Below, piece by piece: positions 54,980-63,884 of a stretch of DNA of 64,000 nucleotides. Numbering within the stretch: position 1 is the stretch's first letter; the number at the start of each line of letters is the position of its first letter. This DNA comes from a virus. The stretch spans positions 32,001 through 96,000 of the IMG/VR virus record IMGVR_UViG_3300025018_000098, one strand, 5' to 3'. The translations under genes and the position numbers were made by a program. The notes beneath the pieces were generated by a model. The model was not told where the DNA came from. It made no database searches and saw only the letters and a program-made list of their open reading frames with translations.

Positions 54980-57900
54980 TCAGCCGAGTAGACCCCTGGA
55001 CGCCAGCAGCTGCTGCAGATAGCGGAACACCGCCAGGCGCTTCTCCTTGCGGGTGTCGAGCTTGCTCGAGATGGCCTCATCTCCCTCGGCCTCCCGCTGC
55101 CGACGCGGACTACTCGTCTCATCTGGGTCCGTTGTCCCCAAGCCAAGAATCTGTTGGGGGCGCCCCTCCACGTTCCGTACGAGCTGGCGTAGGTCGTCGA
55201 TATCCCCGAAGGCCCTCGAGTGGAAGCCCTCCACGCCACGTACTACCACCCCGTCATCGTTGATCTCGAGGTTGGTCGAGCCGAACATGTCATACATCGT
55301 GGCGATGGGGCGCCAGGTGTACGAGCGTAGGAAGTCGTCGATGTCGTAGCGGTTCGTACGGATGATAGAGTACGCCTTCACGAGCTCATCAATAGCGTGG
55401 TTGATGGTGCCTCGGGCCTCGATCTCTGCGATCGTCCGCTGGTCGATGGGGTCTGGGTCGCCCTCGCCGGAGGGAGGACCCACCGCGTCCCCGTGAATCT
55501 CCGTGGTGTTCGAGGTAGCCCCCTGGTTGGCGCTCGTGAGCCCCCGATCCGGGTTCGTGTCCTCGAACACGGTCTCTGTTCCATTCGGAGCTCGGATGAC
55601 CAAGGGATCTACGATGGCGCCTGTGCCGAAGAAGTAGCCGTACAGCCCGCCGATCTGATGGCTGCGGTAGTGGTCCCCGTACCAAGGTGGGTACACCAGG
55701 TCCTCCGGTGGGAGGTTCTGGAAGGTGCGCTCATACACTCCGATCCGCTCCTCAATCTGGTACGCGCTGAAGGTCACCGTGATGGACGTCGTAGTCCCGG
55801 TGGAGCCCGCCCCGGAGTCATCGGTGACTGTTGTGTGGCCCGCCTGCTGCGTGCCTACAGAGCCTACCATGGCCATGACCTCGACCCCCAAGCTGCCCGC
55901 GGCTACCTCCTGGCCCACAGGGACTCGAGTACCGCGGTGCCTTCGCCCGGACACGTACCCTCCCGGAGCCCACAGAGGTACGGTGCTGTCTGACGCGAAA
56001 CGCAGCGGAGCCGCCTCTGTAGGGCCCGGGGGGAGGGCAGCGGACCCTCGGACGGTTCTACGACGTGACGGGGCTCTCTGGCCCTCCCTGCGGCGCTGGT
56101 ACTGGTCCGTTACGTCAGTGACCGACAGGATCTCACCACCTGTGGGGCCTCGGTCTGTGAGGCTAGGCGGCGATGTCCAAGCCACGATGCTGGTGACCGT
56201 GCGCTCGTGAGTACGGGTGAACCGGCTGCCCCCCTGTTGTTCCGTATCCCCCAGGAACTCGGTCTTCTCGTTGGTGGTGCGGGAGTAGCCCATCTGAATG
56301 CTGGTGGTGCCCTGCCCGCCAGCAGCGAGGCTGTGTGTGATAGATGTAGGTGTGCCTAGATACTGCGTGTCAGGCTGGATATCGATGAGATCCCGGGCCA
56401 GTTGCAACGCTCGAGTGTTTACAGCTAGGGCATCTCGCTCACTACCCCCTGGGACGTCTCCATTGCTTGGGAAACCGCCCTCCCCCTCCATCTGAGCTCG
56501 GACGATGGTGCGGGCTGCCTCATACTCACCCGCAGTCAGCTCGGTGCGAGGCTTGTACTTGTCGATGACCACAGCCGGGAAGCCAAGGACGACGAACGGG
56601 TTGAACTTCCCGTCCACTGTCATCTGCCTCGTCTGGAAGCGACGCTGAAAGAAGATGTGGTTACACGCCAGCTGGGCGTAGCCCACGCGCACCCCGTTGA
56701 TCTCGATGGACCCGCCTCGGATGGCGTGGAGATTGAGATCGCTCATGCGCTGGAACTCGGGGATGATGCCCGAGTAGAGCTCGTGATCCATGAGGTCCCG
56801 AATGAACCACGCAGGGGCATCCGAAATATCTGGGCTGTTGCTTCCCACACGGCCCCGACCAAGGGAGCGTCCGGTGCGTGTTCCCAGAGCTCGGCTGGGC
56901 GCCATGTAGAACCCATCGAAGAACATGTCCGACCCGAAGAAGGCACTGTGGGTCCGAAGCATCAATCGCGTCGTCTCCTTCAGGTAGTCCCGAGAGTACG
57001 AGAACGAGTTGTAGAGCTCCGGAAAGATGACGTTACACCGAGGGGGTGCCACCATCCAGACATCCGGCCGCCAGATCTGCGTCAGAAGCCGTGGAGGCGG
57101 ATCCGGCTGAGACGTAGCCCTCTGCACGCGCTTTCGGTGGTTGGTCGCCAGCACGTGGTTCATGTCCGAAATGATCTGGGTGCACATACGAACCACGGCC
57201 TGTCCAGCCCGGCTGTCTGGCGGGTAGAACGTATTGGTAGTGACGTTGCGCTGCCCTCGGCGAGTGTTCTGGGTGATACCTTGGAAGTTCGTAGTGGTAG
57301 CTGCGAACTTCTGGCTCACCTCCGGTCCCGCGTCATAGATGCTCGAGAACTCCCCGGACGAAGAAGGATCAATGCCGACCCTCCGAGCTCGCGCTCCGGC
57401 GTTGTCAGATAGTCGCTGCAGAGATCGGAGCTCTCGCGCCAGCCCTCCCCGCTCTCGAGACAGCGCCCTAGCCGAGTCTGGGGTCGTAGCCGACTGTTGG
57501 CGCTCGAGTAGGTTCTGTGCCCGATCCTTGATCGTACTGGCTGCTCGAGCAAGGGGTCGGGTTGCTGCATCATCCTCCAGACTGACCGTCTCAAACTGAG
57601 GCAGATTGGGGTCCTGGGTGGACGGCACGAAATGGGGCGACGTGATGGGAATGATCTGGTGGAAGATGAACTGCTGCAGCGCGTTGAGCACCGCCCGGAT
57701 GGCTACCTGCTTGCCCAGCCCGGCCAGCTTGCGACTGAACAGCGATCCGAAGCCGTGTGCCCGCAGGAGCCGCCGCTCATCTTCCCCTGAGAATGGGTTG
57801 GCGCCAACCATCTGCGTGAGGTGTAGACGCATCTCCGCCAAGGAGAAGAAGTCGTTGGTCCCTCGCACCGCCCGAGTGCCGTAGTAAGTCCCACCGATGG

Positions 57901-58549
57901 CTTCGATGATGTGCATCAGGCCGCCCTGTAGCGTGCCTCGCAGCTGAGGGTATGAGCGGGGTGGCGTCGCAATCATCGAGAGGATGATGTCCCCGCTGCC
58001 GCGCAGGAAGGAGTTGAACACCGTGGTGGATGCCCCCGTGAACGCTGCCCGGATACCCCCACCGCCCATGGAGAAGCCGCTGACCTGGTACTGGAATGCG
58101 TAGTCCCAGTAGCTCGAGAAGTCGAGGCACTGCAAGATCATGGAGCGTTGGGTGGGGTTCTTCTGATGCTGAACACCTGTGATCTCGCCGCCGAAGAGCA
58201 GTCGCCAGTTCTTGCTCTCCTTGTCTTCGTTCTCCTGCTGCGGGGAGCTGTCGAAACGTACTGCAGGTAGGATGCTGTCGAGCTCAGGATCGCGATACTG
58301 GGAGTGGCTAACCGAGACCCCGTCGCCCGCGATTCGGGCTCGGCTCGTAGATGGTGCCCCGTGGTAGAAATCGTAGAAGAAGACGTGAACCAACGACCGG
58401 GGCTTGAACTCCAGCGCAGCATCCATCGGCAGGATCTGGATAGAGCACGCGGCAGGGGTGTCCGCCTGAGACACAACATTTGCAGCGACGATTGGGATCT
58501 CAACACCCTCAACGAAGAGGCGGAGCCGGAGCAGGTGGGCATTTGCCAT
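54980..58549 (-). CDS. Baseplate hub protein (gp27/gpD-like), 1189 aa
   Basis: RLFVEGVEIP..ACSIQI..VHVF..LLFGGEI..LQCLD; late GKFNPFVVLGFP; two genes after tape measure. Confidence 0.65.
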   Translation of the reverse strand: MANAHLLRLRLFVEGVEIPIVAANVVSQADTPAACSIQILPMDAALEFKPRSLVHVFFYDFYHGAPSTSRARIAGDGVSVSHSQYRDPELDSILPAVRFDSSPQQENEDKESKNWRLLFGGEITGVQHQKNPTQRSMILQCLDFSSYWDYAFQYQVSGFSMGGGGIRAAFTGASTTVFNSFLRGSGDIILSMIATPPRSYPQLRGTLQGGLMHIIEAIGGTYYGTRAVRGTNDFFSLAEMRLHLTQMVGANPFSGEDERRLLRAHGFGSLFSRKLAGLGKQVAIRAVLNALQQFIFHQIIPITSPHFVPSTQDPNLPQFETVSLEDDAATRPLARAASTIKDRAQNLLERQQSATTPDSARALSRERGGLARELRSLQRLSDNAGARARRVGIDPSSSGEFSSIYDAGPEVSQKFAATTTNFQGITQNTRRGQRNVTTNTFYPPDSRAGQAVVRMCTQIISDMNHVLATNHRKRVQRATSQPDPPPRLLTQIWRPDVWMVAPPRCNVIFPELYNSFSYSRDYLKETTRLMLRTHSAFFGSDMFFDGFYMAPSRALGTRTGRSLGRGRVGSNSPDISDAPAWFIRDLMDHELYSGIIPEFQRMSDLNLHAIRGGSIEINGVRVGYAQLACNHIFFQRRFQTRQMTVDGKFNPFVVLGFPAVVIDKYKPRTELTAGEYEAARTIVRAQMEGEGGFPSNGDVPGGSERDALAVNTRALQLARDLIDIQPDTQYLGTPTSITHSLAAGGQGTTSIQMGYSRTTNEKTEFLGDTEQQGGSRFTRTHERTVTSIVAWTSPPSLTDRGPTGGEILSVTDVTDQYQRRREGQRAPSRRRTVRGSAALPPGPTEAAPLRFASDSTVPLWAPGGYVSGRRHRGTRVPVGQEVAAGSLGVEVMAMVGSVGTQQAGHTTVTDDSGAGSTGTTTSITVTFSAYQIEERIGVYERTFQNLPPEDLVYPPWYGDHYRSHQIGGLYGYFFGTGAIVDPLVIRAPNGTETVFEDTNPDRGLTSANQGATSNTTEIHGDAVGPPSGEGDPDPIDQRTIAEIEARGTINHAIDELVKAYSIIRTNRYDIDDFLRSYTWRPIATMYDMFGSTNLEINDDGVVVRGVEGFHSRAFGDIDDLRQLVRNVEGRPQQILGLGTTDPDETSSPRRQREAEGDEAISSKLDTRKEKRLAVFRYLQQLLASRGLLG

Positions 58550-58555
58550 GGCCGG

Positions 58556-58564
58556 AACTTACCA
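58556..58564 (-). promoter_or_regulatory. Class B extended -10 (TGGTAAGTT)
   Basis: 6 nt before ATG 58549. Confidence 0.7.
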
Positions 58565-58569
58565 CGCCA

Positions 58570-59790
58570 TCAGAGGATAGTGTTCAGGCCTTGCGTCGCT
58601 GGCTCAAGAACCCCGTCTGCCTGCCGAATCCCGAAGGAGCCGAAGACCTGCAGTCCTGCGAACCCCGCCCTGCCCAGGAGCAGGTAGTTCGTGCTGGGGG
58701 CGGTCACATCGATGCCCATCTCTGTGAGCTGTCGCCGGGCTTCCTGCTCGAGAGCCTCTGGAGACTGGAGCTCGAGGTGCTTCCGCACCCGGTCGAGCTC
58801 TTGCTTATCGTACCGAGCGGACCCGGGATCTCTCTCAACGTACTCGTCCTCGTTGGAGTGGTATGGGTACGGGTCCCCTGTGTGCCCAGGCAGAAAGGCT
58901 TGGTTCGTGACCGGCTTCGTCACGATCTGGTTACCAATGCCTTCTGTTGGGAAGCGGATCTGCCTGCCGTAGAAGGTGTTCTTGATGGTCTCCAAGGTCT
59001 TCTGGATCGAGAACGTCGCATCGTTCTTATACTCTGCAGCTGCAGCCAGGAAGCCGCTCAACCCACCGCCGCTACCTGCAGTGGTTGCGGCAGGGAGGCT
59101 CGCATTCTGGGACACCTTGGGACCCACACCCCCCTCCCCAGGCTTCGACGGCTGTGCGTTCGAAGACACCCCCTGGCGGGTGCGGAGCGGCTTATACACG
59201 GAACCCACGTCAGAGAGGATGGAGTAGTTGGTGACGAAGAACTGAAACTGCAGCAGCTGCTTGTACGGATCCGCTGATGTGCCCACCGTCTGTGAGTTCA
59301 TCATGTACCCTTCGGCGACTACGTCATCGAAGTAGATGTACATACGGGCACTAGCCTCGAGCAGCTTGGTGCCTCGGAAGATGTTCTCATAGTTGTGCCA
59401 CCACTCTGACTTCCAGTTGAAGTCGTTGGTGTTGAGAAGCAGCCCTTGAAAGTTGAGCATCCGGGGTGACTCGCCAAAGAAGAAGATGTAGTCCTCTCCG
59501 AAGGTCTCCACAATCTGTTGCCGCTCCGCCCGTTGCTCCGTCACGTTGGTGATGATGAAGTTGGCGTAGTGGTCCGAGATACCTGTACGCTCCCCTTCCC
59601 GCTGAGACGAGGAGGAGTTCACGATTGGGATGGCGTTCCCCTGACTGTCAATCACCTTCATGATGCAGTAGGTGTCCTCCTTGATCTCGATTCCGCGCAT
59701 GGGTCGGCGAATATTGAGGAGCTTAGGGTCCTCCCGGACCAGGGTGGCCTCATTGAACGCGGAGGTGGTGACGGAGATGAAGACAGCCAT
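58570..59790 (-). CDS. Tail tube initiator/baseplate-tube junction-like protein
   Basis: ERQQIVETFGEDYIFFFGESPRMLNFQGLL..FQFFV tube-fold pattern; follows tape measure. Confidence 0.55.
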   Translation of the reverse strand: MAVFISVTTSAFNEATLVREDPKLLNIRRPMRGIEIKEDTYCIMKVIDSQGNAIPIVNSSSSQREGERTGISDHYANFIITNVTEQRAERQQIVETFGEDYIFFFGESPRMLNFQGLLLNTNDFNWKSEWWHNYENIFRGTKLLEASARMYIYFDDVVAEGYMMNSQTVGTSADPYKQLLQFQFFVTNYSILSDVGSVYKPLRTRQGVSSNAQPSKPGEGGVGPKVSQNASLPAATTAGSGGGLSGFLAAAAEYKNDATFSIQKTLETIKNTFYGRQIRFPTEGIGNQIVTKPVTNQAFLPGHTGDPYPYHSNEDEYVERDPGSARYDKQELDRVRKHLELQSPEALEQEARRQLTEMGIDVTAPSTNYLLLGRAGFAGLQVFGSFGIRQADGVLEPATQGLNTIL

Positions 59791-59796
59791 GGCGCA

Positions 59797-59803
59797 AGTC
59801 TAC
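59797..59803 (-). promoter_or_regulatory. Class B -10 (GTAGACT)
   Basis: 6 nt before ATG 59790. Confidence 0.72.
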
Positions 59804-59804
59804 C

Positions 59805-60011
59805 TCAGATGACCAAGCCCTGCTTGAGGATCCAATCCTTGATCTCCCGAGGGGTAGGCTCGGTGAGGTCCTCTCGAGTGACACGTCGATGAACCTCGGC
59901 TCGGATCAGAACGCCGTAGGCGTCTTCGACCCCTACTGTGTCGTACGCCTTGACGGTGGCCTGCCTTCCGGTGACCCCAAACTTGAGCTCTACCTCTGTT
60001 CGGTCTGCCAT
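59805..60011 (-). CDS. Hypothetical protein, 68 aa
   Basis: GAGGA SD; fills gap. Confidence 0.6.
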   Translation of the reverse strand: MADRTEVELKFGVTGRQATVKAYDTVGVEDAYGVLIRAEVHRRVTREDLTEPTPREIKDWILKQGLVI

Positions 60012-60017
60012 ACTTCC

Positions 60018-63000
60018 TCACTCCGATGCCGGGGGCGGGGTGGTTCCCCCACCCGCGTTTGGGTCTGCTGGGGCATCCGGGCCACCAGCCACAATATTCA
60101 CATTGAGCGTTCCGGTGATGGCTCCCGCGATCTTCTGTAGATGCTGGTTGCGCGCGACACCCAACGGATCACGCCGCTCTGCCGCTGCAGTAGCCCGACT
60201 CTGCGCCGCCTGGGCAAACTCGGCCCGGTGCTCCGTACGGAAGTCAGCCACTGCTCGTTGCGCTTCTGGGTTGTTCGGCTGCTCGGCTAGTCGGCGCATC
60301 AACTCAGAGCTCTGCTGTGCGGTAGCGAGTGCAGCAGAGCCACCACCCAACTGCTCTGCCAACTGCGATTCGTATTCACGCATCGTTCGAGCCGCCCGCT
60401 CGCCCACCTCACCCTCTCGCCCCATGTTCCGTGCAGCGTCTCGAAGCATGCTCCGTGCTCGACGTCCAGACACCTCTTGGCCACCACGACCAGTAAAGGA
60501 CATCTCTCCGACTGTCTGCCCGGTAAGGATTCCCTCTGCGTGCTCCTGTGCCTGCCTCCGACCGCGGCGCCCACCCCCTCCCAAGACCTCCATATCGTTG
60601 GCCCGCTGAGTCGCGGACATCCCTAGTGCACCTAGATTGTTGTCCTGCAGGGCAGCCATCAACTGAGAGTATTCCTCTGAGTTGCGGTCCATACTTCCGA
60701 CAACCTGGTGGAAGTCGCTCTGGGCGGTTTCCCTATCCTCTCGGGAAGATGCACCTTGCAGGCGTCGCAAAGCGTCCTGAGCGGGACCCGTTCCCTCAAT
60801 ACCGCTGAGCGCTTGAATAGCTCCCGCATGGTTCGCCCGCATACGAGCTTGGGCCTCCTGTGCTGCCTGAATGTCAGACTCGCTGAAGCGGGCATTCCGC
60901 AGTTCTGAGGTAGACTCGCCATGTTCTGCGGCTGCCGTGCGGATCTGTTCCTGGAGGCTGGTCATGGCTCCACCGTTGGCACCAGCTCGGTTGCTCATCA
61001 CGCTCATCTGCTCCATCCGTGCCTTGAACGTCTCGCTATCCGCTCCGTCCTCATCAAGAGCCGCGATCGTGTCCCGGTACAGCGCCATGTATTCTTCATT
61101 GTCTTGAAGTGCTGTGAAGTCTTCCCGATTCATGGAGAGGCTGTCTGCCTGCTCGAGCAGCATATCCTCTTCTTCTGTGTTGGCACTCCGTCGGTTGTGG
61201 TGATCAATCGCACCTCGTGCGCGTCGAGACTCTCGCACCCTGCGCCGCCGAGAACTCGCAGCGTGCCCACCCGCAGCGATGAAATCGAGGGAGTCCCTCT
61301 CCTGTGATGCTGCTTCTCCTGCAGGGGTGTTACCCATCAAGCGATCCCAGAAGCTCCCGCCGCCATTCGCCGTGTTGCCCGCATTGATCGAGACGCCGAA
61401 GTCCGTACCCCCCGCTCGAGCAATGGTTGCATCAATGGCATTCCCGCTGAAGCCACCTTCGATACGTCCGTAGATGTCCCCATGACCACCAGCAGCACGG
61501 GCACCGAGACGAGCCATGTTGATGCGGTGTAGCATCTCGCCCTGGCCGATCTCCCCGATGCGCGCCATGTCCGACACGTCTCTGTCTGAGGTCACCATTC
61601 CCATTCGAGCCATTCGCGTCTGCTGCATCTCCTCCAGCAGCCCCTGCTGCGTCATCCCGGTGGGGTCTACTCCGCGCCCGCGCAGGATCGAAGCACGTGA
61701 TGCCCCCGTTTCGAAGAGACCCCGGCTCTCCAGGTCCATGGGGCCCCGGCCACGAGTTCCCGCGCGCTGTGTCGCATCGACGATGTCCCGAAAGTCAGAG
61801 GAGGACGCACTACCAGAGGCTATGCGGCCAGTAATCCTAGACATACCCTCGGACATACCCCCTGTGGTACCTCCGATCATCCGATCCATCATGGCCTCCA
61901 CTCGAGAGGCGAAGCGCGTAGCGAAGCGGGTGCCCATCTCTCGGGCCTTAGTTACGCCAGTCTCATTGGCCAGGCCGTGGCCAAGATGCGACATGAAGGC
62001 ATCGAAAGACCTGTTCTGGGCCATGTCCGACTCGCGGTCAGCACCTCGTTGGCCGCTTTGCCGGGTCGACTCCTCCTGGATGGCGATGTCCCCTTGGTTG
62101 CGGATCAAGCCCATCATCACCTCGGACTCTCGGCGGCCCATATGGAAGCGGCGCTGCATCACGAGGGACCCGAGATCATCCCCCTGAGAGAGAGCTCGGT
62201 CACCGATGGCTGCACGCATCATCCCGATCTGTCCGGCCATCCCACCACGCTCGAGCAGCCCGCCGCGTAGATCTCCCTCTCTGTTGATGAACCGAGCCCG
62301 CCCAATCTGGCTGAGGTTGCTATGAGCATTACGGCGGATGTCGCCGATGCTCATAGACCCCATGAGGAACTGGTTGGTGCGCCCTGCGTCGAGACCTGTG
62401 GCATCGCTGTTGGACAGAGCTGCCAGAGCGTACCGCCCCATAGGCCGCCGGCTGAACTCAGCCGTGCGCTGCATCATGTTCGTCGTGAAGGCTGAGATGG
62501 CATCTGTGCCCGTGAGGCCTCCGGTGGCTTCAGAGAGTGACTCCTTGCTCACGGCACCCATCGTGATAGCCGCCCCGAGCGTTGATGCACCTCGCATGGC
62601 CCCGAAGGCGCCTTGGCGGCCGGTGCCTCCGACAGAGCGGGCGATCTGAGCCCCCTGGGCCGACATCTGCATGGCCTCCGCTCGAGACATGCCTGTGGCC
62701 TGGGTCACCTCACGCACGTTCTTGGCGAACTGCGAGCGGTCCATCTGTCCGAAGATGCCTGAGGTCTTGGCATCCTCTACGAACTTGAGGGCCTCATTGA
62801 GGCTGCCCCCGAGCTCCTTCTGCACAGTCTTCAGCGTATCCAGCATCTGCTTGAACTTGCTGCTGAACTCTCCGACGCTCGAGACCCCCTGGAACATCCC
62901 GGCCTGAGCTCCACCTGAGATCAGGGAGTTGAGCTCGCCCGAGTTGGTCAGGGAGTTGCTTCGGAGCTCCTGATTGATCGCTGCCCCGATACCACCCATC

Positions 63001-63590
63001 TGCTGTTGGCCGAAGCCGCGGCCCATATGCCCCTGACCACCTTGGAAGTTGAAGTTCTGGCGCAGGGTACTGTTCAGCTGAGTCTGGTCTTGGATACCTC
63101 CTGTGAACGCCCCCGCGTATGCTCCCACAGCCTTCGATGCAACGTAGGCAGGCAGCATGGCACCACCGGCCATGGCAAGGCCTCCGGCCATACCCATCAT
63201 ACCCCCACCCATTGCGGTGGACGCACGCATACCGAGGCCTATTGCGGAGAAGGGATCACCAAAGGCCCCCATGGCTCCGGACATCATCAGCCCGGCCCCG
63301 GCCACGGGCATCGCGACGTTACGGCCGAAGGAGCCGATACCCGCAGCCATCCTTTCGCCAGCCATGCCTACATCGCCACCGTACGCCGCCGTGACGGCCA
63401 GGTTTCTGGCGGCTCCGCCCGGGTGCGGCATCGGCATCGGCGGCGGAGGCGGGGGAGGTGCCATCCCTCCTTGACCGCCCGGGCCACCATACGCGGAGTA
63501 GCTCATCTGCTGCGCATACCCAGCATTCTGGGCGAACATGGCGTTACCTGCAGCGATGGACTGCGAGATGTAGCTTGAGTCGTAAGGCAC
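60018..63590 (-). CDS. Tail tape measure protein, 1190 aa
   Basis: Long helical G/A/M/Q-rich protein with hydrophobic Gly-rich segments, upstream of tube initiator and hub. Confidence 0.75.
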   Translation of the reverse strand: MPYDSSYISQSIAAGNAMFAQNAGYAQQMSYSAYGGPGGQGGMAPPPPPPPMPMPHPGGAARNLAVTAAYGGDVGMAGERMAAGIGSFGRNVAMPVAGAGLMMSGAMGAFGDPFSAIGLGMRASTAMGGGMMGMAGGLAMAGGAMLPAYVASKAVGAYAGAFTGGIQDQTQLNSTLRQNFNFQGGQGHMGRGFGQQQMGGIGAAINQELRSNSLTNSGELNSLISGGAQAGMFQGVSSVGEFSSKFKQMLDTLKTVQKELGGSLNEALKFVEDAKTSGIFGQMDRSQFAKNVREVTQATGMSRAEAMQMSAQGAQIARSVGGTGRQGAFGAMRGASTLGAAITMGAVSKESLSEATGGLTGTDAISAFTTNMMQRTAEFSRRPMGRYALAALSNSDATGLDAGRTNQFLMGSMSIGDIRRNAHSNLSQIGRARFINREGDLRGGLLERGGMAGQIGMMRAAIGDRALSQGDDLGSLVMQRRFHMGRRESEVMMGLIRNQGDIAIQEESTRQSGQRGADRESDMAQNRSFDAFMSHLGHGLANETGVTKAREMGTRFATRFASRVEAMMDRMIGGTTGGMSEGMSRITGRIASGSASSSDFRDIVDATQRAGTRGRGPMDLESRGLFETGASRASILRGRGVDPTGMTQQGLLEEMQQTRMARMGMVTSDRDVSDMARIGEIGQGEMLHRINMARLGARAAGGHGDIYGRIEGGFSGNAIDATIARAGGTDFGVSINAGNTANGGGSFWDRLMGNTPAGEAASQERDSLDFIAAGGHAASSRRRRVRESRRARGAIDHHNRRSANTEEEDMLLEQADSLSMNREDFTALQDNEEYMALYRDTIAALDEDGADSETFKARMEQMSVMSNRAGANGGAMTSLQEQIRTAAAEHGESTSELRNARFSESDIQAAQEAQARMRANHAGAIQALSGIEGTGPAQDALRRLQGASSREDRETAQSDFHQVVGSMDRNSEEYSQLMAALQDNNLGALGMSATQRANDMEVLGGGGRRGRRQAQEHAEGILTGQTVGEMSFTGRGGQEVSGRRARSMLRDAARNMGREGEVGERAARTMREYESQLAEQLGGGSAALATAQQSSELMRRLAEQPNNPEAQRAVADFRTEHRAEFAQAAQSRATAAAERRDPLGVARNQHLQKIAGAITGTLNVNIVAGGPDAPADPNAGGGTTPPPASE

Positions 63591-63596
63591 GACGGA

Positions 63597-63603
63597 AGTC
63601 TAC
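63597..63603 (-). promoter_or_regulatory. Class B -10 (GTAGACT)
   Basis: 6 nt before GTG 63590. Confidence 0.72.
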
Positions 63604-63611
63604 ACGATATC

Positions 63612-63629
63612 GCCTATAAGCAGTACGAA
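63612..63629 (+). promoter_or_regulatory. Class A promoter
   Basis: GCCTATAAGCAGTACGAA. Confidence 0.78.
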
Positions 63630-63638
63630 GGGAAACAC

Positions 63639-63884
63639 ATGCCTGATCAGAATCCACCCCAAGACAAAAACCACACCATCCTCTCATTAGATGATGTACA
63701 TCTCATGCTCATCGAACACACAGGACCAGATGGGAACTCCCGCTTCCGTGCCCGCATCGCACGCCAGCCTCCGCTGGATGGGAGCACCACGGACGTTCTC
63801 AGCCTCACTGACCTCGCCGCGGTGAAGGTCCTCATCGACAGTGCGCTGCAGCTCGGGCTCGCAGCGCACAGCAGGAAGCTATGA
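63639..63884 (+). CDS. Hypothetical protein, 81 aa
   Basis: AAGGG SD after class A motif. Confidence 0.65.
   Translation: MPDQNPPQDKNHTILSLDDVHLMLIEHTGPDGNSRFRARIARQPPLDGSTTDVLSLTDLAAVKVLIDSALQLGLAAHSRKL

Noticed and set aside
29672-63590. Extracellular contractile injection system or tailocin
   Set aside because: Portal, full replisome, RNAP and dNMP kinase in the same window indicate a complete phage.
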